A DNA stretch of 64,000 nucleotides from Camelus ferus (Eukaryota): NCBI RefSeq assembly GCF_009834535.1, contig NC_045697.1:10478001-10542000 (forward strand), in the 5' to 3' direction. The translations under genes and the position numbers were made by a program. Positions 36,981-49,949 of this stretch are shown in pieces (the stretch's first letter is position 1; the number at the start of each line of letters is the position of its first letter). A model generated the notes under the pieces. It searched no databases, was not told the DNA's origin, and saw only the letters and a list, made by a program, of their open reading frames with translations.

Positions 36981-37656
36981 TTCTTTTCTTCTTCTTCTTT
37001 TTTAAATTGAAGTACAGTTGACTTACAATACTATGTTAGTTTTAGGTGTATGGCAAAGTGGTTCAGTATTTTTACAGATTATATTCCATTAAAAGTAATT
37101 ACAAGGTAATAGTTGTAATTTCCTGTGCTATACAATATATCCTGTTGCTTATCTATTTTGTATGTAGTAGTTTGTATCTCTTAATCTCATATCCCTAATT
37201 TGCCCCTACCCTTCCCCTCCCTTATGATAGTCATTAGTTTGTTTTCTATATCTGTGAGTCTGTCTCTGTTTTGCATATGCATTCATTGTATTATTTTTTA
37301 GATTCCACATATAAGTGATATACAGTATTTGTCTTTCTCTGTCTGATTTATTTCACTAAACATAATATTCTCTAGGTCCATCCACATTGCTGCAAATGGC
37401 AGCATTTCATTCTTTTTATGACTGAATATTATTCATATATATATATATATAGCACACACACCACATCTTTTTTATCCAGTCATCTGTTGATGGGCATTTG
37501 GGTTGCTTCCATGTCTTGGCTATTGTAAGTAGTGCTGCTGTGAACATTGGAGTGCATGTATCTTTTCAAATTAGTGTTTTTGTTTTTTCTAGATGTATAC
37601 CCAGGAGGGAACTGCTGGGTCATATGGTAGTTCTATTTTTAGTTTTTTGAGGAACT
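36981..37656 (-). mobile_element. 5'-truncated L1 3' end
   Basis: L1 3' UTR; ~15-bp TSD gaggtttcttttctt / gaggtttactttctt (36966-36980 and 37657-37671). Confidence 0.88.
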
Positions 37657-38524
37657 GAGGTTTACTTTCTTAGAGGATAAAATAGGATTTCTAGACTGGT
37701 GGCAATGGTCAAATAAAAAAGTGGTGGTACAGTACAAAAAACAAAATGAAGGAGTAAGTAGCATTTACATTATGGATGCTGAAACATTCACAGATACTAG
37801 CGGTTAAGAGTTCAACAGTTTGGGGGAAACACAATTCAACCCATAACATGCATGTAATTGTTACCATTTTTTCACAGCACTTACTTTGGATCAAGGACCA
37901 TCCTATGCACTGTACAATCTCATCTTTTCAAGTTGTGCCAAAATTTAAGAAAATCTAACATAGAAGTCTCAGCTTCTACGGGTAGAAAATGACCATACAG
38001 TGATTCATCACCTTAAAAACGATTCAAGCTCTATTAATAAACCCTGCTGCTGATTTTCTCTAAATGGAATCTTGTATTTCATTAAAATGTGATTTGATTT
38101 ACACAGGTTTTGTTTATATAAAACTTCTAAAAGACTGATTCAATTGTAAAAAGTAAGGCCCACTTATACTGAATCTAATGATTATAGTTTGAAATACTAT
38201 CAGGAAGCACATTCCCCTTTGCTGACTTCTGAGAAATTAAATTGAAATATGTTTCATCAAGTAATTAAACAGCAGAGTGAGTCAGTAGATAGCTGAGACC
38301 TGAGTTGTGTGGTACCAACTAAACATGCTCGTGCTTTGAAGCCTATCATTCAATAATTAAAATCTTTAAGTTCAAGTTCTGTATGCAAGTAGAGGGAGTG
38401 TGAGGAGGAAGAATAAGAATTACATCATCAATTTGGGAAAGCCTGGACTTGTGTTCTAATCTCAGCTCTGCCGATTCACTCTTTTTGTGACTTTGAGTAA
38501 GGTAATTAACTCATCTGAGCCTTG

Positions 38525-39040
38525 GTTTCCTCAAAATTTAGTGGCTTTGAACAATACTCATTTTATGGTCACAATTCTAAGCAGCGTCCAGCTGGGACAG
38601 CTCTTCCCTGCCCCATGTGGTCTCAGTGTGGCTCTCCTGGGACCTGAGGATTCAAGATGGCCTCCCTCACATGTCTGGTGCCTTAGCTGGAATGGCTTGA
38701 ATGGCTGGGGACCAGCTAAGATTACTGGGCTTCACTCTTCTTGTGTAGACAGAAACCACTCATACATCTGGAACCTGGATTCTCTTTCGTGTGCTCTCTT
38801 CTGTCCTTATAGATAGCCTGGACTTCCTTCCATGGTGGGTTGGATTCCCCTTTGAGTAGAAGAAGAGCCTATGTGGCTCCTTGGGGTCTAGGCTTAGAAA
38901 TCCCAGGATATCACATTGGCTGCATTCTGTTGGTCAAACCGAGTCACAAGGCCAGCTCCGGTTTCAGGGCTGGGGAAACTGACTCCTCTCTTGATGGGAA
39001 GAGGGACATGGTGATCACTCTGCAGACAATCTACCACAAA
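38525..39040 (-). mobile_element. Old MLT1 (J/K/L-like) LTR
   Basis: caagatggcctccctcacatgtctggtgcc, cattctgttggtcaaa, cctctcttgatgggaag. Confidence 0.72.
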
Positions 39041-40689
39041 AAAACAACAAGGAAAGTCAGCCTTTGCCAAACTTCTCTACCAATTTGTCTTCTCTCAGTG
39101 TTAGTAGAAGTTAAAAATGGAAGAGCATGCTGGACAATTTTGGGAGAGGGCAGGAAGAAAGGAAGAAGGGAGAGAAAGGGGATAGTGAAAGAAAAAGGAA
39201 TGAAATGGGACTGAAAAATCTTTCTGACACACTTGAACACATTTAACCTGGGGTTGCAAACGCAGAGTCAGAGCAACCTCTTGTTAATCCTGTACCCACC
39301 ACAGAGAGAATTCATCAACCACAAAACTTTCTAATGAAGTCCTTTCATGTCCTTACCATTCTTCTCAAGACAAGTCTCTAGGCAACCATTACTAATCTAA
39401 CAGTTTGAAAAAGAGAAGGAAACTGTCTGCCTCACTGGATCATCTTCTGAGCGGTAGGAGAGATGTGGATATTTTGAGTATACACCACAGGTTGAGCCTG
39501 ACATATCCTGCCTTCTCCTGTTGAGGCCACTGCTTTAGCCCCTTAGTTTGGCAGAGCTGAGGACCCTCAGTAAGGTGGTTTTCTAACAGGATTGTATTTG
39601 GTTCCCACAACTCAGGTGAAAGGTAAGGAAATTGAGAAGTTGAACAATCTGCTCACATTCCACAATGGGATAGTGGTGGCCCCGGTGAATCCCCTTCTAC
39701 TGCCCGTTCAAACACTCAGAATCATAGACCCTGGAAGCTAAAATGATGCCATCAGGTCTAAGCAATTTGTTTCATGGATTAGGAAACAGAGGCCCAGAAA
39801 ATTAAAGGTCTTTCCAATGCTCATGTCCAATAGCAGAAGTTAATCTCAGGGCTAGAGGCCAAGGCTCTTAATTCCTAGGGAACCGCCCTTTACCTCAGTT
39901 TCAGCAGAGCTAAACAATGCAACTTGGCTGACTTCAAACTTTTGGCTCATCCATTTGGCTGATCTATGCTTTGAAATGAAGTGGGGAAGGAGGTGGTTTC
40001 TTACAAATTCTGATTCACAGCCTGAAGCATTTCCTGTACCTTCATTTTGTTATAAAAGTTACAGACTTGGGTTAGGTTTAAAATTTACCTGTCTGAACAG
40101 GATGCTAAAGATGTGAAATATGCTGCTCTGACAGATTTTGTTATTGCCTTTGACTGAGTATTTTCATAGGAGGCATTTCATACAAGATGCTGAGACATTT
40201 TATTAAGAGAGAAATGCTTGAAAAATCTGATGAGTTATTGATGGATAAACCTAACCTCACTAACTTCTTGAATTTGTCTAGTAGATGCACAGCCTCTCAA
40301 CAGAGAGACTTTCAGAGCTGGACCTTGTGACTTAAGGACAGTGAGACAAGGTGGGGTTGTCATTTTTTGAGAAATGCTGGGAGCCAGGTGCTCACCTGTA
40401 TCCACTCAGCCTCTACAAAGGCTATGTGAGATGAGCCCCAGTTATGGATAAGGAAGCTGAGACCCAGAGAGGTTTTCCATCAACCAACATCTGTACCCAC
40501 ACACTCTACCACCTCAGCCACCATCACATATGATACTGGAAGCCAATCACTTTGTGACCAGCTCCTACACCTCTTGCCCGTCCAAGCACATTTTCCCAGA
40601 AATTCCTCTCTGTTCTCTATAACATCAGCTTTTTTTTTTTTTGATTTTCATTATTCTCTTCAGCACACGAGCATACAGTTAGTTTTCCC

Positions 40690-41990
40690 ACTTAACAAAA
40701 CAGACATACAAACAGAAAAATACTTCTTTTCTACCTGTGTTGATGATCTCATGTCTCAGCTCCCTTTAGCAGCAAAATTCCATGGAAGAATTGATGACAC
40801 TTACTGATTCCCAGTCTTTCCTTCCATTCTCTTTTGAACTTATCCCCTCTGCTTTTTGGCCCATCACTCTACCAAGAGAGCTCTTGCCAATTTCATGATG
40901 ACCTCTACGTTGCCAAATCCACCGGTCCTTCAGTGTTCACCTTCCTTGGCATTTGACTCGGTTGATCACAGCATCCTCAGTAATATACCTTCTTCATGTG
41001 TCTTCCAGGATACCACACGCTCTTGGTTTATGTCCTGCCTCATTGCCCATTCCTTCCTTGTCTCTTGCTGCTTCCTGTTTTTCATCCAGAGCTCTTCATG
41101 TTGGAAACCCAGGTCTCAGTCCTTGGACTCCATCCACTCCTTTGCTTGCTTCTAATCTCATGGCTTTAAATACCATCCACGCACTGATGACTCCCACAAT
41201 TATCTCTCCTTTCCAGACCTCTTTACCAAACTCCAGACTCAAATATTCAACTCTCTGTTGAAATCTCCAATTGGCTATTTAAGACCTATCTCAAATTTAA
41301 CACAACTGAGGGGACTAATCTCCATCCACACCCCCCATTGTCCCAAAAGCCCTGCTCAATTCTCAGGCTTCACCCATCTCAGTTGGTACTTTCTCCTTTC
41401 AGTTAGTCAGTCCAAGATCCTTGGAGTTGTCCTTAGCTTTCTCTTTATATCCCACACTCACACCAGAGAATGCATTCATTGTACTTTCAAAATATATCTA
41501 GAATTTGCACATAAATTGGCATTTTTCATCTTATCCCTGTGATCCAAGATATGCTCACTTCTTATCTGGATTCTGGCAACAGTCTCCTACCCAGTCCCTG
41601 CTTTTGCAGCTTGTAGTATATTTTCCATAAAGTAGTCTAAGTTGTCCCCTTAAAACACAAATCATAGCTGGACACTCTTCTGCTCAAAATTCTCCAATAG
41701 CTCCTTCTCTCTCTCGAGCAAAAGCCCGATGGGTCTCAAGGCCCGATGATCTCTCAGACCTTGTCCCTTATTTCTCCTCCACCTTGGTCCCTCCTCCGGC
41801 CTCACTGGCCTCCTTGATTCCCCAGCACACCAGGCCCACCCCTGCCTCAGGGCATTGCACCAGCTCTTCCCCCTGCCTGAAATCCTCTTCCCCAGTTAAG
41901 TCCTTCCCTTTCTTCAAGATTTTCCTCAAATGTCACTTCCCAATGAGAACAATCAGAACAATATAATTTGCTTATTTTGTTTATATATTT
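40690..41990 (+). mobile_element. L2 LINE fragment (~1.3 kb)
   Basis: catgatgacctctacgttgccaaatcc, cttccaggataccacacgctcttgg, ccaaactccagactca, cacactcttctgctcaaaa, cctcagggcattgcac. Confidence 0.8.
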
Positions 41991-44235
41991 ATTATTTTTA
42001 ATGAGTGAAAAGTGGTATTTCATTGCTGCCTGAGAAAGATGATGACTGGGGTTGACCATCTTAATCACATGGATCCGGCTCTAAAGAATAATTCATGTGT
42101 CCCAACTTCCTGTGCAGCTTTGTCTCCAAAAGCCCAAGTCTGGGTTCTCCCCAGGCATCTCTCTGTCTTTCTACCTCTGACACCTTCATGCCTTTGTCTC
42201 TCCCTGCATTTCCTCTGCCCTCTCTCATCCATCTTATTCTTTCTATCTCTGTATTTATCCTTTTGTGTCTTTCTCTGTCTCCCTGTCCTTCACCTTTGCA
42301 TCGGGCCCTCTGCTCCAGACCTAGGTATGGGGCCAACTTTCTTGTCCTAGCCAGCACTTCCAACCAGAACTTCCAGTTCCTACTGGACAAAGAATCCCAT
42401 TTTGAAGCCAACCCAGGGTGGGGCCCTCAGGAATCTTCCAGCTCCAGCTTTACTTCTTTAAAAAGCACATTTATGGCCCATGGTTCATGTCAAGACTCTC
42501 GTCTAAGCACTTCCAAATATTAACATGTTTAACCCTCCTTTATGAGGCAGGTGCTATTGATAGCACCATTTTACAAATGGGACACTGAGGCACAGAGTGG
42601 CCATGTCACTTGAATGCAGGCAGTCTGGCTCCAGAGCCTCAGCTCTGAACCACTAGGAACACAGTCTCTTTTTCTAGTCCTTACTCCTCCTTTCGCTAAC
42701 CCAGCCCTGATCTATGAGACAGTACACCTGGATTTGGTCTAGCTGGCGTGTGACTTTCAGCAGCTCACTGACTCTCTGGGCTCCAGGTGCCCTATCTATC
42801 AAGTGAGGGGGTGGAAGGCACCCAACCCTTGGTGGGTCCATGACCTCATTTCAATAAGAGTCAGCCAATCCTAAGCCCCAATATCAGTGTTCACCTAGTA
42901 CTCACCCCTCAGCAAATGCCAAAGCCAGCCACCCTGACCCCAGGTTCCAGCCCTTCCCAAGTGAGAAAGGCTTTTTCTGGAAATATGGACCCAGGCCACA
43001 AGAGGTCACAGGTACCCTGACTTCCCACACAAGTCTGTCACCTCCCTTAACCCAGCATCTTCCCTCCTGCCACTCAGGCCTAAACCCAACTCTACTCAGA
43101 AAGAGGACTCAGTCCTCACTCTGGGTCCAGCCCTGGAAGGTGGGATATTTCCAAGATGGGGAAGAACAGTGGCCATTCTGTCACCTTGAGAGACACTCAC
43201 AGCTATGAGCCAGCCCACCCCCACCAAACCCTACCCCAGTGCAGACATTCAATTGCACATTTAGTCCTCATTATCAACGTCAACCCACAACACCATCTCC
43301 ACTGTATTTCAACACCTCCCCATCCAAATACTCACTCTTGGCTCCTTCTACAGCCCCAACCCAATAAAGCCCTATTAGCAACCTTATCCCCAGGTCTCTC
43401 CCATCTCCAACTCAATCCTATCACCCAAAACCATCCAACACTATCCTCACCCCATGTTGATTGTCTTTCCCAAACTCACTTGCATTCTCAGTGCTGTCAT
43501 CAGACTCCCCCTCCTCAATTTGCTGCTTTTAATGCCTATTATTTATTGTCAAATTTGATTGAACCAGAGAGGGATGAGGTTCCTTGGACATGGTCCAGGA
43601 TCAGGACAACAGAAGCATTACCTGTTCAATAAAATTTACCAATTGGAATTACACTCTAATTATCACTGGAGATGCTCAGGAGAGAAAGGGTGAGAGTCCT
43701 GGAACATGAGAAAAGGGGAGATGGAGATGGTCTCATGAGACATTTACTCCAACAATGTGAAGGCAGGATGTGTGCTCTCTGTTGTATGAACACATATATG
43801 GACAACTATGTGCATATGGACACACAAAATCCTCTCCCTTTCTTATATAAAAAGTAACATACTGTATATAGTTTAGCACTTTGTTTTTTCCATTGAACAA
43901 CACATACTGGAGATCTCTCCATATTAATGCACACAGATAGTCCTCATCACTTTTAATGGCTACATAATACTCCATCATGTAGCTATCTCCCAGCTTATCC
44001 AGCCAGTCCCCTATTGCTAAGCATTTGGATTATTTTTAGTCCTTTGCCTTTTCAGACACTCCATGGTGAATTACCTTGCACATACAGCATTTCTTACTTA
44101 TGCAGGTGTAGTTGGACAGATTCCTAGGAGCACAATCACTGGATCAAAGATAAAGGCATCTGTACTCTTGCCAAATACCAACTGATTCTCTTCCACAGGG
44201 ATCATCCCATTCTGCATTATCAGCCTTTCTTTTTA

Positions 44236-45369
44236 TTATTTTTATTTTTAAAAAATTTTTGCATTCTTTTTAATTTTTATTTATTTATTTTTAAACATTT
44301 TTTATTGAGTTATAGTCATTTTACAATGTTGTGTCAAATTCCAGTGTAGAGCATAATTTTTCAGTTATACATGAACATACATATATTCACTGTCATATTT
44401 TTTTTTCTCTGTGAGCTACCACAAGATCTTGTATATATTTCCCTGTGCTATACAGTATAATCTTGTTTATCTATTCTACATTTTAAAACCCCAATCTGTC
44501 CCTTCCCATTCCCCCATCCCCTTGGCACCCACAAGTTTGTATTCTATGTCTATGAGTCTGTTTCTGTTTTGTATTTATGGTTTTTGTTTGTTTGTTTGTT
44601 TTTTTAGATTCCACAAAAAAGTGATACCCTATGGTATTTTTCTTTCTCTTTCTGGCTTACCTCACTTAGAATGACATTCTCCAGGAACATCCATGTCGCT
44701 GCAAATGGCANNNNNNNNNNNNNNNNNNNNNNNNNNNNNNNNNNNNNNNNNNNNNNNNNNNNNNNNNNNNNNNNNNNNNNNNNNNNNNNNNNNNNNNNNN
44801 NNNNNNNNNNNNNNNNNNNNNNNNNNNNNNNNNNNNNNNNNNNNNNNNNNNNNNNNNNNNNTTTTTGAAGTAGGGTTCCTTCTGGATATATGCCCAGGAG
44901 CAGGATTCCTGGGTCATATGGTAAGTCTATTCCTAGTCTTTTGAGGAATCTCCATACTGTTTTCCATAGTGGCTGCACCAAACTGCATTCCCACCAGCAN
45001 NNNNNNNNNNNNNNNNNNNNNNNNNNNNNNNNNNNNNNNNNNNNNNNNNNNNNNNNNNNNNNNNNNNNNNNNNNNNNNNNNNNNNNNNNNNNNNNNNNNN
45101 NNNNNNNNNNNNNNNNNNNNNNNNNNNNNNNNNNNNNNNNNNNNNNNNNNNNNNNNNNNNNNNNNNNNNNNNNNNNNNNNNNNNNNNNNNNNNNNNNNNN
45201 NCTTCTGCCCATTTTTGGATGGGGTTGTTTGTTTTTTTTCTTATTAAGTCACATGAGCTGCTTATATATTCTGGAGATCAAGCCTTTGTTGGTTTTATTT
45301 GCAAAAATCTTCTCCCATTCCGTAGGTTGTCATTTTGTTTTACTTATGGTTTCCTTTGCTGTGCAGAAG
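44236..45369 (-). mobile_element. Young L1 (1134 bp) with ORF2 C-terminal remnant
   Basis: Perfect 15-bp TSD cagcctttcttttta (44221-44235 and 45370-45384); minus-strand translation [39 protein letters not shown] and PFAATWMFLENVILSEVSQKEK. Confidence 0.95.
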
Positions 45370-47774
45370 CAGCCTTTCTTTTTAAAACAGATTTATGTGT
45401 TTTAAAAAAGTGGCTCGTTTTAGAAAGTTTTTTTTTAAGTGAATCATAGTTACAGAAGGACATAAATTGTGAGGAGCTGTGTAGAGAATGTGAAGGGGTT
45501 AACTGTGGACACCAAAATGCTAACAGGTCAGTGATATGATTGGATAATCAGTCATAGTATGAATCATTATTTTTATACAGTTAATTAACTGTAGGTTGAA
45601 TGTGACCTAGTCCCCCACACTGAGGTCTGGGGTCTTCTCCACGAATTCCTTAATTGTCAGGACTTTGTGTTGGGTCTTGTTAGCAGTCTGCTCTGCCCTT
45701 GACCCTGTCTGCCAAGTCACCTGTGAAATGGACACTAATGATACCTTTGTACATGGAATTTAAATGACCTTTTCTAACGTGGGAACTCCCTCTAATAACA
45801 GCAAAAACAATCCTTTGTACAGTGGTGTGTTTTTCCAAGCACACACTGACACATAGCACCACTTATAATGATGGCAAATATTTCTCTAGGGCACACTTTG
45901 TGCCGAACACTGTTCTAAGCGCTTTATTGGTGTAAACTCATTTAAACCTCAGAAGAACTCTATAAAGAAAATACAGTTATAAATATGTCTCATTTCATTT
46001 GAGAAAGCTAAGGCAAAATTGGGTTAAAAATGAGTTTGAACAATTTGCTCCCTGTCTTAGGAGTACTGAACAACAGACTTGGAATCTGAATACAGTCAGT
46101 CCTGTGAACCGCAGTGGTCCGGTGCAGCAGATAAAGGGAGGTGCTACAATTGTCTCCATTTTACAGATAAGCGAACTAAAACAAGTCTCCGAGAGGTCAG
46201 ATGCCTTATCCAGCATCTCACAGCTTAATAGATGGAAGAGCGAGGATTAAAATCTTTCTTGTAATCTTACATCACATACTCTTATTTATGCCGTTTTCCG
46301 TGTCAGGCTCTTTAATGTGATATAAAATTACCATATTATCCATTCATTATAACTAACATTTCAGTTATAAAGAAAATCACATTTCCTTTTTTTAGGATGT
46401 AGATCTTTTTAGTGCCGGGAGATGATTTATAAGAAAGTTCCAAGTCTGAGGAGGGAGTACCCCATCTTCAATTCTCGTCACCTGGTGGAGTTTCCACGGG
46501 GGATTTATTTGTAGTATGCTTGTATATTCGCTTAGCATCCTCAGTGAGAAGTCTGGACTCCTCTGTCCTTGGTTTTGTCCCCCATAGTTTAAATATAAGG
46601 GTATCAGGGGTCCATGGGAAGGGAACCCATTATTACCGAAGAACATTTGCCTTCTGTTGGAAGGGAACATGAAACCATTGTCTCAGGACACAGCAAGCAG
46701 CATGAGGTTTAGAGAACAGACTGAAGGTGACAGACTCTGTTTTAAGTCTCAACTCCTCTGTTCCCTGGTTATATAAACTTGGGCATGTTCAGCCAGACAG
46801 AACCTATTTCTTCATTTGCAAAGTGGGGATAAAAATTCCCATCTCACATAAGCGTTGCCTGAATTGAATGAGAAAACGTCTGTAACATACCTAGCTGGGT
46901 GCTATAACAGCCGATGTGCTCCATAACCAACAGCAACTTAAACTGCTTCAGTATGACTCCAGGCACCACTGGGGGCTGCCCTCTATTCTAACAGGCTTTC
47001 TCCTCTGGATCTAAACTATTTAAATGTACCTGGAGGAATAAAAGAAGTCCAGACCAACTGAGATGGATTGGGCTTATGTCAGACCCCGGGAATTCAAGGG
47101 TGTTCTCCCAGGCTATACTGCACGAGCGATGCAGCCAGAGGGAAGGTGGGAGACTCTTCCACCCATCCCTCCGAAGCCTGCAGTGAAGGAAAGTGGAAAT
47201 GGAGCAAAGAATGTAAGAGTAAGAGACCTGCAAGCTGGAAGAGGACTTCAGTATATTATCTGGTCTAGTTCCTCATCTTCAGGTAAGCAGGATATTCATT
47301 ACTTCCTTTTTCCAGATGAGGCACCAGTGGTCCAATTGGGCTAAATGACCTGGCCTGGTAGTGCTGGGGGCGGTGCCAAGGAGATGACACCCAGGTTTCA
47401 ATGAGTTCCCACTGTCGCAGATTCAGATGCCTACAGGGTGGGTGACGTAGGCACAGGGGACGGGGCACAGGGGAGCAGCCGGAAGTACTCTGCTGCAGTC
47501 AGTTGTTGTTGTGTGCCCTGGGGTGTTGCTAGATCTTCAAGGCTTTTTTGAGAAGCAAGGAGGCAAGAGCATTTAGATTTTTATGCAAACTTTTTAGAAT
47601 GTTGGTGACTAATTACAAATGTTAAGAATACTGTGCAGGACTCCAAAACCACAGGTTAGCTGGTCTCCTTTCCTAGCTTTGCATTAAGCTCCACACCCTG
47701 CAGAAGAGGCTGGTCTGGTCTCTCACTAAACCCAAGTCCCAGTGCAATGGGTTGGTAGCTTTAATAGTCTTCCT

Positions 47775-47775
<1 letters not shown>

Positions 47776-47805
<30 letters not shown>
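47776..47805. repeat. (GT)15 microsatellite
   Basis: Directly visible. Confidence 0.95.
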
Positions 47806-47808
<3 letters not shown>

Positions 47809-47819
47809 GTTCTTTGTGG

Positions 47820-48560
47820 GTGGGGAATGGCTTTTTATTGCAGTGTACCATACATACAGAAAAGTACATAAATCATAAATATATACTTTGATGACTTTTC
47901 ACAAAGTTAACACACAGTGTAATGGCCCCTCAGGTCAAAAAAACACATTTTCACCACCTTTGAAGCTTTCTTTAGGCGGTTTGCAGTAATTATCCCCCAA
48001 GGGTAAACCACATCCTGTCTTCCTACACCACAGGAAATTTTTGTCTTTTTCTGATCTTTATGTAAATGAATCATAGAACATATATGCTTTCTTGTTTGGC
48101 TTTGTCAGCTCAGCATTGTGTTTGTGAAATTCATCCCTGTTGTTGCATGTTGTAATGTTCTCATTTTAATTAACGTATAGAATTTTATTGTGTGAATATA
48201 ACGTTGTGTATTCTACTCTTGATGAGCGTTTTGGTAATTTCCAGTTTGGGGTTATTGGGAATAATGCTGCTACCTTCTCACACATGCCTCTAGGCGGACC
48301 TGTAGACACAGTTCTGTTGAGTACATATTTAAGGAGTAGATGACTGAGTCATAGGTTATGCATGTGTTCAGCATTTGTAGTTGCTACCAACAAAGTTTTC
48401 CAAGGTGATGGTCACAACATACAGGCTCCAGTGGGTGAAAGTTCCATTTGTTCCACATCCTTGCCAGCACTTGGCATTGCTTATCATTTCCATTTTAGCC
48501 ATTTTGGAGGGTGTAAGGAGATACTGCCCTGTGATTTTAGATCTGCTTTCCCTTTAAATT
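47820..48560 (-). mobile_element. Old L1MB/MC-type 3' fragment
   Basis: catacatacagaaaagtacataaatcataa, ttgtgtttgtgaaattcatc, ttccacatccttgccagcacttggcattg. Confidence 0.75.
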
Positions 48561-48633
48561 TGTATGAGATTGCTCTTACTGTCAGTGGCACCACTTCTAC
48601 TTAATCCATATACTACTATGGAACCCATTTAAT

Positions 48634-49226
48634 GTTTTTTAAACTTTTTTTATTGAGTTACAGTCATTTTACAATGTTGTGTCAAATTCCAGCATAGAGC
48701 ACAATTTTTCAGTTATACATGAACATATATATATTCATTGTCACATTTTTTTTTCGCTGTGAGCTACCACAAGATCTTGTATATATTTCCCTGTGCTATA
48801 CAGTGTAATCTTGTTTATCTTTCTGCATATGCCTGTCAGTATCTAAAATTTTAAACTCCCAGTCTATCCATTCCCACCCCTGCCCCTTGGCAAACACAAG
48901 TTTGTATTCTATGTCTATGAGTCTGTTTCTGTTTTGTATTTATGTTCATTTTTTTTAAGATTTCACATATGAGCGATCTCATATGGTATTTTTCTTTCTC
49001 TTTCTGGCTTACTTCACTTAGAATGNNNNNNNNNNNNNNNNNNNNNNNNNNNNNNNNNNNNNNNNNNNNNNNNNNNNNNNNNNNNNNNNNNNNNNNNNNN
49101 NNNNNNNNNNNNNNNNNNNNNNNNNNNNNNNNNNNNNNNNNNNNNNNNNNNNNNNNNNNNNNNNNNNNNNNNNNNNNNNNNNNNNNNNNNNNNNNNNNNN
49201 NNNNNNNNNNNNNNTTTTGAAGTGGG
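48634..49226 (-). mobile_element. Young 5'-truncated L1 (593 bp), same subfamily as 44236-45369
   Basis: Perfect 14-bp TSD ggaacccatttaat (48620-48633 and 49227-49240); near-identical to the 44-kb copy. Confidence 0.95.
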
Positions 49227-49949
49227 GGAACCCATTTAATATTAATTCCTGAAATGGCTCTCCTTTGCTTTCAGAGTAGGGCTAAACCCTTTCAAATTTT
49301 CTCCCACCATAACACCTAGGTGTCTCCACTAAGTAAGTCACACTGAGCATCTGTTCATGCTTTTCTCCCAGATTTGGTCTTTCTGTGTGTTGTTCTGTCT
49401 GCCTGGAACCTCATTCTTTGACATCACTGCCTGGCTGACATGTGTTCAACCCTTAGGACTCAGCTCATACATTGCCTCCTCCAGGAAGCCTCTCTTGACT
49501 TTTACTTGGCTGCTCATACAGTTCCAAAATGGCCAATTTGCTTATTAATATCAGTTATTTAAGGGTAAAGGCAATTTATGTGTTGGCCCTGGTGTATGAG
49601 CAGCAAATATTTGTTGAATGAATGAACAAATGAGTCCATTAATATGGGAGACTTGGAAAGGGGAACAAAATTAGAGATTTGACTGTGGTATTTATCTAAG
49701 AGGGAGTAATAATAATAATAATAACAATAACAACCACCATAATATTCTGTGTCCCCTTTTGATCAATTGGCTAAAAGCAAAGGGTTGGTTTTGGAAAGTG
49801 CAACACATTCTTCATTCAGTTCAACTCCAGTTTTGAAAGGATATTGAGAGATGCTCTAGGCTAATGCAAAAATGCATTCCTTTAATCACAGAGGTTGCCC
49901 AGGAAGCCACGAGGAAATTGACTAAAGCAGATGATTCACTACTGGGTTC

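Noticed and set aside
43156-43632. C/A-rich, G-poor stretch suggesting a NUMT, with a 158-aa ORF
   Set aside because: No mitochondrial protein, tRNA or rRNA motif recognised; the composition alone explains the scarcity of stops
46962-46980. CTCF-like caccactgggggctg
   Set aside because: Needs an indel or several core mismatches to fit the consensus
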